This document shows, one piece after another, positions 1 to 12,020 of a stretch of 64,000 nt of DNA. The translations under genes were made by a program, and so were the position numbers. Origin of the DNA: an uncultured Eubacteriales bacterium (GTDB taxonomy: Bacteria > Bacillota > Clostridia > TANB77 > UBA1234); NCBI GenBank assembly GCA_949283575.1, contig CASDSU010000036.1:132809-196808 (forward strand), read 5' to 3'. Numbering within the stretch: the first letter of the stretch is position 1; every line of letters begins with the position of its first letter. The notes beneath the pieces are model-generated. The model ran no database searches. It worked only from the letters and a program-made list of their open reading frames with translations, and was not told where the DNA came from.

Positions 1-158
1 ACAATAACTTGCCCAATAATTAATTTTGGAAAAACTAAACTAAATACTAACGCTAGCAACGCTGAGATTCCAAACCAAATTATAAAGAAACCAGCAGTAA
101 AAATTTCAAGAACAATAAAGAAGCAAGCAATAATTAGCCATATTGTCCATGGTGACAT
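1..158 (-). CDS. NfeD-family membrane protein, N-terminal part (truncated by window edge)
   Basis: Own translation MSPWTIWLIIACFFIVLEIFTAGFFIIWFGISALLALVF..., a typical NfeD/YbbJ N-terminus; AGGAGG RBS upstream. Confidence 0.7.
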   Translation of the reverse strand, partial: MSPWTIWLIIACFFIVLEIFTAGFFIIWFGISALLALVFSLVFPKLIIGQVI

Positions 159-312
159 AGAATAAACCTCCTTTTCTCAAAATAAATATACACAACAAAA
201 TTATACAACATTCGACTTAAAAAGCAAAGAAAATACGAATAAAAAATATTGGAAATTGTAGTCTGAATTTGATATGATTAATTATAATATTTAAAGAGGA
301 GAGATTAAATTA

Positions 313-2535
313 ATGAAGTTGAAATATATGATAAAAAATGCAGTAATAGTTGTATTATTTATTGTTGTAGCATATTTTATTTGTGAAGCGACACCATACT
401 ATATAGATAATATTGATTATGGCGAAAAAGTAAGGGTAATAATTGATGATGTAGAGAAAACAAATGAATTGCCTGATGAGGTAATTTTAAAAGATGGAGA
501 AGTTCTGTTTTCTCTCGAAACTGCAAAAAAATATATAGATTCTGATATGTTTTTTAGTGAAAATACTCTAAAAATAAATTATGATAAATACATTGTGAAA
601 ATGCCAATTGATGACAAAGTGATAACAATTAATACACAAGAAAAAGTAATAAATGTTCCTGTTCAGGTTATAAGTGGAGACTTATATATTCCGATAAAAC
701 ATTTAGAAGAAATTTATGATATTTCGGTTGAATATAATGAAAAAGTAATAATTTCAACAAATGGTTCTGATAATTTTTCAAAAGCTGAGCTTGCTAAAAA
801 TACAAAATTAAAAAAATATAAAAGAGAAAATGGATTAACGATTAAAGTTTTGAAAAAAGGTGATACAATTGAGATTGCTACACCAGATTTTGAAACAATA
901 TTACCTGATGAATATGTTTATGTAAGAAGTTCTGAAGGTGATTTAGGATACATAAAAAAATCAAAGTTAAAATTAGTAGAAATTGAAAATGAAGTAATTA
1001 TTAATGGGGTAAATGAAAGTAGAAGATTGCCGGATGAAGTCAAAATACAAGATGGTAAAGCTTTATTTTCTTTGGATACAATAGAAAAATATATTGATGA
1101 ATATATTTATTATGATAAAAAGTATGATACTGTTATAGCTTCGCGTGATAGTAATATTGCAAAAATGAAATTGAACGACAATAAAATTTTGATAAACGAT
1201 GATGAAAAAATAATTGATGTTCCTGCACAACTGATTGATGAAAAAATATATATTCCAATAGAAGAATTTAATGATATTTATGGGATAGAAGTTACATGCA
1301 ATGATAATATTGTTATAACAACAAAAGATGCAAAGTATTATACTTTTATTTTGAATTCTAACGTGAAAATAAAAGAATATCCAGATGATTCATCGAATAC
1401 AATTCATAAAACAAATAAAGAAGAAAAATTAGAAGTGTTTGATAAAAATTTTGATATGGCAAATGGTGATGACTTTATATCAGTGCGTACATCAAATGGA
1501 AAAATAGGTTATCTTCGAAAATCTAATTTGGCAAAGGCAGAGTTATTAAATTCTCCAATTAATATGATTGATGAAAGTGATTATAAAAAAACGATAAGCT
1601 TAGTGTGGGAATATGCAGCAAACTATACACCAGATAGAAGTAATGAAGGGAAAATAAAAGGAATAAATATAGTTTCACCAACATGGGTATATGTGAAAAA
1701 TGATAGTGGAGATATTAGAGAAAATGTAAGTACAACATATATATCTTGGGCAGAAAAAAATGGTTATGAAGTTTGGCCAACAATAAAAAATGATGATATA
1801 GGTATTGAAAAAACTTCTGTTTTAGTTACAGATATGAATAAAAGAAAAAATTTTGTAGATAACATAGTAAAATTATGTGAAAAATATAATTTTAAAGGAA
1901 TAAATCTGGATTTCGAGCATATGTATCAAAAAGACAGAAATGAATTTGTAATACTTGTTAGAGAACTTGCTGCGATGCTTGAACAAAATGGTGTTGTAAC
2001 TTCAGTAGATGTAAATGTACCTGATGGCTCGTCAGAATGGTCTTTGTGCTATGATAGCAAGGCTATTTCAGATGCGTGTGATTACATAATGGTAATGGCA
2101 TATGATCAATACGGTCAAAGTAGTAAAATTTCTGGACCAGTAGCTTCATTAAAATGGGTAGATTTAAATTTAAGTAAAATGATAGAAAGAGATGGAATCG
2201 AAAGCAAAAAATTAATTTTAGGTGTACCTTTTTATTCAAGATATTGGAAAGAAAAAGATGGTACTGTTCTATCGACCTCAGCTCTCTCAATGTCAAAAGC
2301 TAAGGAGTATATAAATAGTAATCAGTCTTCAACAACATGGAATGACGAATTAGGACAACATGTTGTCAGTTATACAACACAGGGAAATCAAATAAAAATA
2401 TATGTGGAGGATGAAAAATCACTCGAGAAAAAAATAGAATTAGTAGAAAAATATAATTTAGCAGGTATTGCGGCTTGGCGAAGAGGTTTTGAAACTAATG
2501 ATGTATGGCAAGTTATTGCAGATATAACAAATTAA
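313..2535 (+). CDS. GH18 glycoside hydrolase (spore-cortex YaaH/YdhD-like) with N-terminal TM and a duplicated copper-amine-oxidase-N-like/SH3-like module
   Basis: GINLDFEH catalytic motif, MVMAYDQ, LGVPFY, AAWRRG; LPDEV...DG..LFSL..KYID segment occurs twice. Confidence 0.8.
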   Translation: MKLKYMIKNAVIVVLFIVVAYFICEATPYYIDNIDYGEKVRVIIDDVEKTNELPDEVILKDGEVLFSLETAKKYIDSDMFFSENTLKINYDKYIVKMPIDDKVITINTQEKVINVPVQVISGDLYIPIKHLEEIYDISVEYNEKVIISTNGSDNFSKAELAKNTKLKKYKRENGLTIKVLKKGDTIEIATPDFETILPDEYVYVRSSEGDLGYIKKSKLKLVEIENEVIINGVNESRRLPDEVKIQDGKALFSLDTIEKYIDEYIYYDKKYDTVIASRDSNIAKMKLNDNKILINDDEKIIDVPAQLIDEKIYIPIEEFNDIYGIEVTCNDNIVITTKDAKYYTFILNSNVKIKEYPDDSSNTIHKTNKEEKLEVFDKNFDMANGDDFISVRTSNGKIGYLRKSNLAKAELLNSPINMIDESDYKKTISLVWEYAANYTPDRSNEGKIKGINIVSPTWVYVKNDSGDIRENVSTTYISWAEKNGYEVWPTIKNDDIGIEKTSVLVTDMNKRKNFVDNIVKLCEKYNFKGINLDFEHMYQKDRNEFVILVRELAAMLEQNGVVTSVDVNVPDGSSEWSLCYDSKAISDACDYIMVMAYDQYGQSSKISGPVASLKWVDLNLSKMIERDGIESKKLILGVPFYSRYWKEKDGTVLSTSALSMSKAKEYINSNQSSTTWNDELGQHVVSYTTQGNQIKIYVEDEKSLEKKIELVEKYNLAGIAAWRRGFETNDVWQVIADITN

Positions 2536-2562
2536 TATTAAATCAAAGTTGGGGGTGGTAAG

Positions 2563-3429
2563 ATGCTTTATGCACTTGTAGATTATTCAACAAAACAACG
2601 TTTTAACAAAATTTCATCTGAAGAAGTTTTAGGTGAAGTTAAAATAACCACCCCCAAAATAAGGGAAAGAAACGAGAATGTATTGGTAAAAAGAATTTTA
2701 AAAAAGATAAATGAATATAATGTTGAAAATGTTATTCTAAGCAAGGAAATGATTAATAATAATAATTTATGCAGAAAATTAGAAGATTCAAAGAAATATA
2801 TAATAACTGGCAGAAGAATGGGAAAAGTTTTACTAACAAAATTTATTAATGAGATTTCAAGATATACAAAATATTCAAAAGAAAAAATGAATATATTACT
2901 TTTGATGAATGAATATAGTTTAGAAAATATTGATCTTATAGAATATGTTTCTAGAGATATAAAAGAACTAAATTTAATATCTAGAAATTATACCAAATAT
3001 GAAAAAACATCACTCAAACTTTTTGAACAATATGGTTATTTGATAAATCTTTATAATACCGATACAGAGAAGGATTTCAGAAGATCTAATTTAGTAATAA
3101 ATCTTGATTTTAATGAAGAAGAAATACAAAAAATAAAAATGCCAAAGAACAGTATAATAGTTTCTTTAAATAATAGAATAAATACAGTAAAACATGGATT
3201 TAATGGGATTATTATAAATGATGTAGACATAATGTATGGCGACTTTGAAAGTAAAATTAGGTATCGTGATTTAGCAATTTGCGAAGCTAAAATATATAAA
3301 CCACTTAGAAAATTAAAAGATAACGAACGTATCTTTAATAGTGAAAAATATATGATTAATGGATATATGGGAATAAAAGGAAAGATAACTGTTGAAGAGT
3401 TTGAAAAAATAGGTAGAAGTTTTTCTTGA
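2563..3429 (+). CDS. Hypothetical protein (possibly degenerate Rossmann-like) upstream of greA
   Basis: 288-aa ORF, GGGGG RBS, native codon usage. Confidence 0.55.
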   Translation: MLYALVDYSTKQRFNKISSEEVLGEVKITTPKIRERNENVLVKRILKKINEYNVENVILSKEMINNNNLCRKLEDSKKYIITGRRMGKVLLTKFINEISRYTKYSKEKMNILLLMNEYSLENIDLIEYVSRDIKELNLISRNYTKYEKTSLKLFEQYGYLINLYNTDTEKDFRRSNLVINLDFNEEEIQKIKMPKNSIIVSLNNRINTVKHGFNGIIINDVDIMYGDFESKIRYRDLAICEAKIYKPLRKLKDNERIFNSEKYMINGYMGIKGKITVEEFEKIGRSFS

Positions 3430-3522
3430 CAAACTAAAAGTGAATGTTTAATATATACTAGATGTAAACAAGAAAATTCTGTTACACTAAAAAACAAAAG
3501 CTAAGTGTAATAAAGAAAGGGA

Positions 3523-4008
3523 ATGATGAAGATGGCAGAGAAAGAAACTTTACTGACATATGAAGGGTTAAAAAAATTAGAGGCTGAATTAGAATATTTA
3601 AAAACTGAAAAAAGAAAAGAAATAGCTGAAAGAATTAAGGTTGCTACAGGTTTTGGTGACTTATCAGAAAATTCTGAATATGATGAGGCTAAAAATGAAC
3701 AAGCTCAAGTTGAAATGAGAATAATAGATTTAGAAAACAAATTGAGAAATGTTAAATTAATTGATGAAGACGAAATAGAGACAAAGACTGTTCAAGTTGG
3801 TAATGTTGTTCAAGTTTTAGATATTGAATTTGACGAAAAAGTTGAATATAAGATCGTTGGATCAACAGAAGTTGATTTGGCTGAAAATAAAATTTCAAAT
3901 GAGTCACCAATTGGTAGTGCGTTACTTGGTAAAAAGAAAAATGAAATTGTTGATGTTGAAACTCCGGGTGGAATCGTTCAACTTAAGATTTTAAAAATAA
4001 AAAAATAA
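3523..4008 (+). CDS. greA: Transcription elongation factor GreA
   Basis: [13 protein letters not shown] and [13 protein letters not shown] motifs; true start may be 3526 or 3532. Confidence 0.97.
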   Translation: MMKMAEKETLLTYEGLKKLEAELEYLKTEKRKEIAERIKVATGFGDLSENSEYDEAKNEQAQVEMRIIDLENKLRNVKLIDEDEIETKTVQVGNVVQVLDIEFDEKVEYKIVGSTEVDLAENKISNESPIGSALLGKKKNEIVDVETPGGIVQLKILKIKK

Positions 4009-4017
4009 GGAAAATGT

Positions 4018-4046
4018 GGGAGCTTTTTAAAGAAGCTCTCTTTTTG
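4018..4046 (+). terminator. Intrinsic terminator after greA
   Basis: gggagcttt...aagctctc stem followed by T-run. Confidence 0.7.
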
Positions 4047-4178
4047 TTTTAAAATTATCGATTTTTATCGATAAAATAAAGGATTGTACGCAATATATTT
4101 TTGTGATATAATGCAAACACGAATGTGAAAACATTTGGAAAAAATTAACTTTACTATGAAATGAAAGGGGAAAGTTTT

Positions 4179-5696
4179 ATGAACGAAGAAAACAACATGA
4201 ATCAAAACGTTGAACAAGAAGATTTAAATGAATTAATGAAAGTAAGAATCGCGAAATTAGAGGATTTGCGTGAGAAAGGAAAAGACCCATTTCAAATTGT
4301 TAAATTTGATAGCAAGGATAATAGTAAAGATATAAAAGAGAAATTCGTTGACCCGGTAGAGGGAGAAGAAGCAGAGCCAGTGATAGTTACGCTTGCGGGT
4401 AGACTTATGGCTAAAAGAGGACATGGAAAAGCTTCATTCTGCGATTTGCAAGATATGTATGGCAGAATTCAAATATATGTAAAATTAGATGAGGTTGGTG
4501 CTGAAGCGTACGAAGAATTCAAAAAGTATGATATCGGTGATATTATAGGTATTACAGGAACAGTATTCAAAACTCACATGGGAGAAGTATCTGTTAAGGT
4601 TAAAGAAATTATACTTTTATCAAAATCTTTAAGACCACTTCCAGAAAAATTCCATGGATTAAAAGATATGGATCTTAGATATAGACAAAGATATGTTGAT
4701 TTAATAATGAATGAAGGTGTTAAAGATACATTCGTAGCTAGAAGTAAAATCATAAAAGGTATCAGAAAGTATTTAGACGATAGAGGATATTTAGAAGTTG
4801 ATACTCCAATATTAAATACAATTCAAGGTGGTGCTACTGCTAGACCATTCGTTACTCACCATAATACATTAGATCTAGATATGTATCTAAGAATAGCTCC
4901 AGAGCTATATTTGAAGAGATTAATAGTTGGTGGATTCCACAAAGTATATGAAATGGGAAGACTTTTTAGAAATGAAGGAATGGATATCAAACATAATCCA
5001 GAATTTACAACATTCGAGTTGTATTCAGCATACGAAGATTATAATGATATGATGGATTTAGTTGAAGGATTGTTCTCAACACTAGCACAGGATGTTTGCG
5101 GGACAACAAAGATAACATATCAAGGAACAGAAATTGATTTAACACCAGGTTGGAAGAGAATATCAATGATAGATGCAATAAAAGAAGTTACTGGAGCTGA
5201 TTTCAACAAAGTAGAAACTGATGAAGAAGCTGCAGAGCTTGTAAAGAGTTTAGGAATTAATTTAGAAGGAGACATTACAAGAGGAGACGCAATTGCATTA
5301 GTATTTGATGAAAGAGTTGAAGAAACATTAATTCAACCAACGTTTATCATAGACTATCCAATAGAAATATCACCACTTGCTAAGAAAAAAAATTCAGATC
5401 CAAGACTTGTTGAAAGATTTGAAGTATTTATTGGTGGTAGAGAATATGGAAATGCATTCTCAGAATTAAATGATCCAATAGATCAAAAAGAAAGGTTTAT
5501 GGCTCAAGTTGCTGAAAGAGAAGCTGGAAATGAAGAAGCTAACATGATGGATGAGGACTATGTACAAGCATTAGAATATGGTCTTCCTCCAACAGGTGGA
5601 TTAGGTGTTGGAGTAGATAGACTTGTAATGTTACTTACAGATAGTTATTCAATTAGAGATGTATTGTTGTTCCCAACAATGAAACCATTAGACTAA
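4179..5696 (+). CDS. lysS: Lysine--tRNA ligase (class II)
   Basis: [40 protein letters not shown]; start at 4179 chosen from RBS. Confidence 0.97.
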   Translation: MNEENNMNQNVEQEDLNELMKVRIAKLEDLREKGKDPFQIVKFDSKDNSKDIKEKFVDPVEGEEAEPVIVTLAGRLMAKRGHGKASFCDLQDMYGRIQIYVKLDEVGAEAYEEFKKYDIGDIIGITGTVFKTHMGEVSVKVKEIILLSKSLRPLPEKFHGLKDMDLRYRQRYVDLIMNEGVKDTFVARSKIIKGIRKYLDDRGYLEVDTPILNTIQGGATARPFVTHHNTLDLDMYLRIAPELYLKRLIVGGFHKVYEMGRLFRNEGMDIKHNPEFTTFELYSAYEDYNDMMDLVEGLFSTLAQDVCGTTKITYQGTEIDLTPGWKRISMIDAIKEVTGADFNKVETDEEAAELVKSLGINLEGDITRGDAIALVFDERVEETLIQPTFIIDYPIEISPLAKKKNSDPRLVERFEVFIGGREYGNAFSELNDPIDQKERFMAQVAEREAGNEEANMMDEDYVQALEYGLPPTGGLGVGVDRLVMLLTDSYSIRDVLLFPTMKPLD

Positions 5697-5713
5697 AATG
5701 TAATATATGAAAC

Positions 5714-5765
5714 GAAGCACTTTTCTTTAATAGGCCAAATGTTTATATAAAGATAAAAGTGCTTC
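5714..5765 (+). terminator. Hairpin/terminator after lysS
   Basis: gaagcactttt...aaaagtgcttc inverted repeat. Confidence 0.55.
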
Positions 5766-5804
5766 TTCACTGTTAAATAAAAATTTATTAAAAGGAGGAA
5801 AAAT

Positions 5805-6533
5805 ATGTATAGTAGTTTTGACTTGAAAAAAATATTAGTAGTATTATTAATATTCTTTATGTTGCAATCATTAGTTGGTTCTATAGACATAATGGCATTA
5901 TTACTAACTTTACCAGGTCTTATATTGGGGCTTACTGTGCATGAATTTTCGCATGCTAAGATGGCGGACAGATTAGGAGATCCAACTCCAGAAAGACAAG
6001 GGAGACTTACACTTAACCCGCTTGCACATATGGATCCAGTTGGTACGATTTGTTTAATATTTGCAAGATTTGGATGGGGAAAACCTGTTCAAATTGATCC
6101 AACATATTTTAGAAATCCTTCTAGGGACAATATGTTGGTTGCACTTGCTGGACCTATAAGTAATCTCATACTAGCGTTTATATTATTTTTGATTTTTCCG
6201 TTTGCTTTCTACTTTTTTATGCCTGGTAATAATGTTATGAATGAGATTTTGTATACAATGATTTTGTATGCAGCAAGTATAAATTTATCCTTGTTCGCAT
6301 TTAATTTATTGCCATTTCCACCTCTTGATGGTTCAAAGATTTTAGCATATTTTTTAAAGGGAAAAGCAAGAGATTTTTTATGGACTTTAGAGAGATATTC
6401 AATGTTTATTATTGCAATATTATTTGTTACTAATATACCAGCTATGTTAATTGGTCCTATTGTTAATGGAATTGGCAATTTTATGCTTCGGAATATCTCA
6501 AAAATTAGTATGGATGCTTATGTAAAAATATAG
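5805..6533 (+). CDS. Site-2 protease (peptidase M50). Unshifted stop at 6533; a +1 shift at CGG 6489 would give a stop at 6525
   Basis: HEFSH zinc motif, NLLPFPPLDG motif, TM segments. Confidence 0.9.
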   Translation: MYSSFDLKKILVVLLIFFMLQSLVGSIDIMALLLTLPGLILGLTVHEFSHAKMADRLGDPTPERQGRLTLNPLAHMDPVGTICLIFARFGWGKPVQIDPTYFRNPSRDNMLVALAGPISNLILAFILFLIFPFAFYFFMPGNNVMNEILYTMILYAASINLSLFAFNLLPFPPLDGSKILAYFLKGKARDFLWTLERYSMFIIAILFVTNIPAMLIGPIVNGIGNFMLRNISKISMDAYVKI

Positions 6534-6554
6534 AAAATAAAAGGAAGAATAAAC

Positions 6555-7556
6555 ATGTCAAAAGATATACTTTGTTTGGGAATTGAATCAAGTTGCGATG
6601 AAACTTCTGTTGCGGTAGTAAAAAATGGAAGAGAGGTTTTATCAAATGTAATAGCAACACAAATAGATATACATAAAAAATATGGTGGGGTCGTACCTGA
6701 AATTGCGTCACGAAACCATGTTGAAAATATTACATATGTTGTGAAGGAAGCTCTAGAAAAAGCATCTGTTTCTTTAGAAGAAATAGATGCTATTTGTCCT
6801 ACTTATGGACCTGGACTTGTTGGTGCTCTTTTAGTTGGTTTATCGACGGCCAAGGCAATTGCATATGCGAGTAAAAAACCTTTAGTTGGAACTCATCATA
6901 TAGAAGGTCACATTGCAGCAAATTACATAACGCATAAAGATTTGAAACCACCGTATTTATGCTTAGTGGTTTCTGGTGGACATTCTCATTTAGTTCATGT
7001 AAAAGATTATACAAAATTTGAAATATTAGGTAAAACACGTGATGATGCTGTGGGAGAGGCTTTTGATAAGGTTGCAAGGGTAATTGGACTTGGCTATCCT
7101 GGTGGTCCGATTATAGATAAGCTAGCGAAAGAGGGGGAGCCAACGTATCATCTTCCAAGAACATATTTTGAAAACTTAGATTTTAGTTTTAGTGGAATAA
7201 AGACTGCGGTTTTAAATCTTGTAAATAAAGAAAAAGAGAACATCAATATCAATAATTTATGTGCAAGTTTTGAAGAAGCCGTTACAGAAACTTTGACTAC
7301 AAATGTTTTGAAAGCTGTAAAAATGATTGGAGTAGATAAAGTTGCCATTGCTGGAGGTGTTTCGGCTAATAGTTATTTGAGAACAAAAATGGAAACATTA
7401 GGAGAAGAAAATGGTTTGAAAATATATTATCCAGAACTTGTGTTATGCACGGATAATGCTGCTATGATTGCAGCAGCTGGATATTATAATTTTATGGCGG
7501 GCAAAATATCAGATTTAAATTTAAATGCAGTACCAAACCTAAAAATAGGAGATTAA
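6555..7556 (+). CDS. tsaD: tRNA N6-adenosine threonylcarbamoyltransferase TsaD
   Basis: [35 protein letters not shown]. Confidence 0.97.
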   Translation: MSKDILCLGIESSCDETSVAVVKNGREVLSNVIATQIDIHKKYGGVVPEIASRNHVENITYVVKEALEKASVSLEEIDAICPTYGPGLVGALLVGLSTAKAIAYASKKPLVGTHHIEGHIAANYITHKDLKPPYLCLVVSGGHSHLVHVKDYTKFEILGKTRDDAVGEAFDKVARVIGLGYPGGPIIDKLAKEGEPTYHLPRTYFENLDFSFSGIKTAVLNLVNKEKENININNLCASFEEAVTETLTTNVLKAVKMIGVDKVAIAGGVSANSYLRTKMETLGEENGLKIYYPELVLCTDNAAMIAAAGYYNFMAGKISDLNLNAVPNLKIGD

Positions 7557-7563
7557 CAGGAGT

Positions 7564-8247
7564 GTGATAAATGTGGCAATCTATGCAATATCAGATTTGC
7601 ATTTGTCATTTAGTAATAAAGATAAATCAATGAGCGTTTTTGGTGAAAAATGGCAAGAATATGAGAAAAAAATAAAAAAAGATTGGCTTGCCAAAGTAAC
7701 AGAAGAAGATGTGGTTATATTGTCAGGAGACTTGTCATGGGCTACTTATTTGGAAGAATCAAAAGAAGATTTTGATTTTATAAATAGTTTGCCTGGAAAA
7801 AAATACATATTAAAAGGAAACCATGATTATTGGTGGACTACAACTAAAAAGATGAATGAATTTTTAATGAAAAATGGATATGATAACATATATTTTTTAT
7901 ATAATAATGCGTATGATCTAGGTGAATATATGCTTACTGGTACGAGATATTGGGATTATGATGAAGAGACCGAGGATAATGAGAAAATTTTTAATAGAGA
8001 GATTTTAAGAGCTAAACTGTCACTTGATGCGGCTAAAAGCTTAAATCCTGACAAACCAATAATTTTTACAACACATTATCCACCAAACGATAGGATAATA
8101 AAGGCACTTAATGAGTATAACATAAGTATTTGGATTTATGGACATCTACATACTAAATATGAAGAAAACATGGTAGATATTTCAGGTATGAAAACATATT
8201 TAACATCATGTGACTATCTTGATTTTGAATTGCTAAAAATTAACTAA
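7564..8247 (+). CDS. Calcineurin-like metallophosphoesterase
   Basis: SDLHL, GDLSW, GNHDYW, YGHLH motifs. Confidence 0.88.
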   Translation: MINVAIYAISDLHLSFSNKDKSMSVFGEKWQEYEKKIKKDWLAKVTEEDVVILSGDLSWATYLEESKEDFDFINSLPGKKYILKGNHDYWWTTTKKMNEFLMKNGYDNIYFLYNNAYDLGEYMLTGTRYWDYDEETEDNEKIFNREILRAKLSLDAAKSLNPDKPIIFTTHYPPNDRIIKALNEYNISIWIYGHLHTKYEENMVDISGMKTYLTSCDYLDFELLKIN

Positions 8248-8281
8248 ACGTGCAATTTTCTGCATGTTTTTTGAAAAAAAC

Positions 8282-8310
8282 TTGGAAAAAACAAGCGTCT
8301 GTGATATAAT
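8282..8310 (+). promoter_or_regulatory. Sigma-A promoter of tig
   Basis: TTGGAA-N17-TATAAT with extended TG. Confidence 0.6.
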
Positions 8311-8451
8311 GTCCACTACGGGATTACTATGTCCAAAAATAATTAAACGTTAGACAATGATTAATTATACTTATATGTTAAATCGTATGCAGTAATTAAT
8401 GTAGGATGTAGAAAAAAAGATTATATAAAACAAAAAGGAAGGGTAATAACA

Positions 8452-9744
8452 ATGAGTTCAAAATTAGAAAAATTAGAAAATAATTTAGTAAAACTAGAGA
8501 TAACAATAGAAGCAGAAAAATTTGAAGAAGGTATGTCAAAAGCATTCTTTAGAAATGCAAAACATTTTGCTGTACCTGGTTTCAGAAAAGGTAAAGTTCC
8601 AAGAGATATAGTTGAAAAACATTATGGTGAAGGTATTCTTTACGAAGATGCTTTCAATATAGTTGCTCAAGATGCATATGAGGCTGCAATAGAAGAGCAC
8701 AAACTAGATATTGTTTCTTCTCCAGAAATTGACATCACACAAATTGGAAAAGGTAAAGAGTTGATATTTACAGCAACAGTTACTGTTAGACCAGAAGTTA
8801 AACTTGGTAAATATAAAGGTATCAAATTAGAGAAAAAAGATTATAAGGTTACAGCAAAAGATGTTGATGCAGAAATCAATGCTATGGCTGAAAAGAACTC
8901 AAGAATGGTTAATGGAGATGAAAATTCAGTAATTGAGAATGGTTCTACTGCAGTAATCGACTTTGAAGGCTTTGTAAATGGAAAAGCTTTTGATGGTGGA
9001 AAAGGTGAAAACTATTCATTAGAAATTGGAAGCAATACATTTATTCCAGGTTTTGAAGATCAATTAATTGGCTTAAAAATGAACGAAGAGACAGATGTTA
9101 ATGTAACATTCCCAGAAAATTATTTTTCAGCAGATTTAGCAGGTAAACCAGCTGTATTTAAAGTTAAAATTCATGAAATAAAAATAAAAGAATTACCAAC
9201 AATTGATGACGAATTTGCTAAAGATGTTAGTGAGTTTGATACATTAAAAGAATTAAAAGAAGATGTTAAAAAGAAATTAGCTGAAGAAAATGAGAAAAAA
9301 GCTAAATATGAAATGGAAGAAGCTGCGATTAAAGAAGTTTGTGAGAATACAGAAATTGATATTCCACAAGTAATGATTGATCATGAAATCGAAGATTACA
9401 TGAAAGAACTTGAATCAAGACTTGCATATCAAGGTATGGATATGAAAACATATTTAGGATTAATGGGTAAGGATTTAGAAGAATTTAAGTCTCAATATAC
9501 AGAAAGAGCTACAACAAATGTAAAAACAAAATTAGTTTTAGAAGAAATCTTTAAAGCAGAAAATATTGAAATCACAGATAAAGATATTGAAGAAAAATTA
9601 AGAGATTTTGCTAAAAATTATGGTGCAACAGGTGCAAACATTGATGAACTAGTAAAAAATCCAACAGATCAATTAAAGAACTTTGCTTCTGAAGAATTAA
9701 AATATGATTTAGCTGTAAAATTTATTATTGATAACGCTAAATAA
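8452..9744 (+). CDS. tig: Trigger factor
   Basis: PGFRKGK ribosome-binding motif, FKBP domain (IDFEG, FIPGFEDQL). Confidence 0.97.
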   Translation: MSSKLEKLENNLVKLEITIEAEKFEEGMSKAFFRNAKHFAVPGFRKGKVPRDIVEKHYGEGILYEDAFNIVAQDAYEAAIEEHKLDIVSSPEIDITQIGKGKELIFTATVTVRPEVKLGKYKGIKLEKKDYKVTAKDVDAEINAMAEKNSRMVNGDENSVIENGSTAVIDFEGFVNGKAFDGGKGENYSLEIGSNTFIPGFEDQLIGLKMNEETDVNVTFPENYFSADLAGKPAVFKVKIHEIKIKELPTIDDEFAKDVSEFDTLKELKEDVKKKLAEENEKKAKYEMEEAAIKEVCENTEIDIPQVMIDHEIEDYMKELESRLAYQGMDMKTYLGLMGKDLEEFKSQYTERATTNVKTKLVLEEIFKAENIEITDKDIEEKLRDFAKNYGATGANIDELVKNPTDQLKNFASEELKYDLAVKFIIDNAK

Positions 9745-9795
9745 TACTGAATGTAAGTATTAGAAATATTTACATAAGAAGAAAGGAAGATTTTT

Positions 9796-10389
9796 ATGAT
9801 AACTAACGATTTAATACCTTATGTTGTTGAAAAAACAAGCAATGGTGAAAGATCATATGATATTTTTTCTAGATTATTAAAAGACAGAATAATATTTATA
9901 GGAGACGAAATAACAGATGCGACTGCTAGTGTCGTTGTTGCGCAGTTATTATTCTTAGAATCAGAAGATCCTGATAAAGACATTCATATATATATAAATA
10001 GTCCTGGTGGCTCTGTTACAGCAGGCATGGCTATTTACGATACGATGAAATATATTAAACCAGACGTTTCTACAATATGTGTAGGAATGGCTGCTAGTAT
10101 GGGTGCGTTTTTACTTGCTGCAGGTACAAAGGGTAAGAGATATGCACTTCCAAATGCTGAAATAATGATTCACCAACCACTTGGTGGTGCAAAAGGTCAA
10201 GCGTCAGACGTTAAAATACACGCAGAGTTCTTGTTAAAGACAAGAGACAAATTAAATAAAATTTTAAGTGAGAACACAGGTAAACCATTAGAAGTTATTG
10301 AAAAAGATACTGATAGAGATAATTTTATGATTGCAGAAGATGCAAAAGCATATGGTTTAATTGATGAAATCATGACAAGAAAAGCATAG
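9796..10389 (+). CDS. clpP: ATP-dependent Clp protease proteolytic subunit
   Basis: [23 protein letters not shown]. Confidence 0.97.
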   Translation: MITNDLIPYVVEKTSNGERSYDIFSRLLKDRIIFIGDEITDATASVVVAQLLFLESEDPDKDIHIYINSPGGSVTAGMAIYDTMKYIKPDVSTICVGMAASMGAFLLAAGTKGKRYALPNAEIMIHQPLGGAKGQASDVKIHAEFLLKTRDKLNKILSENTGKPLEVIEKDTDRDNFMIAEDAKAYGLIDEIMTRKA

Positions 10390-10481
10390 TACTAGTTGTG
10401 TAGGGAGTTTTATACTTCCTACACAATAGTTGTATATGGAGAATTTTACAAAAGATAATCTTAAGAAAAGGAGGAAAATTA

Positions 10482-11819
10482 ATGGCAAAATATGAAGATG
10501 GCAAAAATGTTAAATGCTCATTTTGTGGTAAGCCACAAGATGTTGTAAAAAGAATTATTGCTGGACCTGGTGTTTACATATGTAATGAATGCATAGGTCT
10601 TTGTTCAAATATCATTGAAGATGAAATGAATGAATATGACGATGCTCTTGAAAATGATGAAATTGTAATGCTTACACCAGCTGAGATAAAAGAAAAGTTA
10701 GATGAATATGTAATAGGACAAGATTCTGCTAAAAAATCTTTGGCAGTTGCTGTTTATAATCATTATAAAAGAATTAATCATCAAGAAAATATGACTGATG
10801 ATGAAGATGATGTAGATATTCAAAAAAGTAATATCTTGATGCTTGGTCCAACTGGTTGTGGTAAAACTTATTTAGCACAAACTCTTGCTAAGATACTTAA
10901 TGTTCCATTTGCAATTTCCGATGCAACGGCTCTTACAGAAGCTGGATATGTAGGAGAAGATGTAGAAAATATTTTGTTAAAACTTATTCAAGCAGCTGAT
11001 TATGATATTGAGAGAGCTCAAAAAGGTATTATATATATAGATGAAATTGATAAAATTTCTAGAAAATCAGAAAATGTTTCTATTACTCGTGATGTTAGTG
11101 GTGAAGGTGTTCAACAAGCTCTTTTAAAAATCATAGAAGGCACTGTTGCTTCAGTTCCACCTCAAGGTGGTAGAAAACATCCCCATCAAGAGTTTTTACA
11201 AATAGATACAACAAACATTTTATTTATTTGTGCTGGTGCTTTTGAAGGATTAGAAAAAACAATTAATGCTAGAGTTGGTAAGAAAAATATTGGTTTCGGT
11301 GCAGAAATAGAAAAACAAGAAGAAACGAAGGAAAAAGATTTACTTGAAAAATTATTACCACAAGATTTAGTTAAATTTGGTTTGATTCCTGAATTTGTTG
11401 GTAGACTTCCTGTAATAACTACTGTTCAACCGCTTTCGAGAGATGCTTATATTGAAATTATGACTAAACCAAAAAATGCATTGGTTAAGCAATATAAAAA
11501 ATTATTTGAGTTAGATGGTGTTGAACTAGAAATGGAAGATGCAGCTTTAGATGCAATTGTTGATAAAGCAATTGAAAGAAAAACTGGTGCCAGAGGTTTA
11601 AGAGCAATTTTGGAAGAAACAATGAGAGATATAATGTTTGAAATTCCTACCAATAAAGCAATTTCTAAGTGTATCATAACGAAAGAAACGGTGATGCAGT
11701 TAGAGCCACCAAAACTTATTTATGATAATGTTGAAGATACTGTTGCTAAAGTTGCAGCATCAACTAAGAAAACATCTAAAAAGACTGCAAAACTAAAAGA
11801 TGTGGACTCAGCTTCTTAA
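10482..11819 (+). CDS. clpX: ATP-dependent Clp protease ATP-binding subunit ClpX
   Basis: CSFCGK/CNEC zinc finger, [20 protein letters not shown] loop. Confidence 0.97.
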   Translation: MAKYEDGKNVKCSFCGKPQDVVKRIIAGPGVYICNECIGLCSNIIEDEMNEYDDALENDEIVMLTPAEIKEKLDEYVIGQDSAKKSLAVAVYNHYKRINHQENMTDDEDDVDIQKSNILMLGPTGCGKTYLAQTLAKILNVPFAISDATALTEAGYVGEDVENILLKLIQAADYDIERAQKGIIYIDEIDKISRKSENVSITRDVSGEGVQQALLKIIEGTVASVPPQGGRKHPHQEFLQIDTTNILFICAGAFEGLEKTINARVGKKNIGFGAEIEKQEETKEKDLLEKLLPQDLVKFGLIPEFVGRLPVITTVQPLSRDAYIEIMTKPKNALVKQYKKLFELDGVELEMEDAALDAIVDKAIERKTGARGLRAILEETMRDIMFEIPTNKAISKCIITKETVMQLEPPKLIYDNVEDTVAKVAASTKKTSKKTAKLKDVDSAS

Positions 11820-11834
11820 ATTAGGGGGAAATGT

Positions 11835-12014
11835 ATGAGTGAATATCAAGTTGGTGATGTTGTAGAAACTAAAAAACAACATCCTTGTGGTAGTAAAAAA
11901 TGGGAAATAACTCGTGTAGGTGTAGATTTTAAACTTAAGTGTTTGGGTTGTGGACATGTTGTAATGTTAGAGCGTGAAAAAGCATTAAAGATAATAAAAA
12001 AATTATTACTATAA
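11835..12014 (+). CDS. DUF951 (YyzM-like) small protein, missing from ORF track
   Basis: Own translation MSEYQVGDVVETKKQHPCGSKKWEITRVGVDFKLKCLGCGHVVML...; GGGGG RBS. Confidence 0.88.
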   Translation: MSEYQVGDVVETKKQHPCGSKKWEITRVGVDFKLKCLGCGHVVMLEREKALKIIKKLLL

Positions 12015-12020
12015 AATGGG

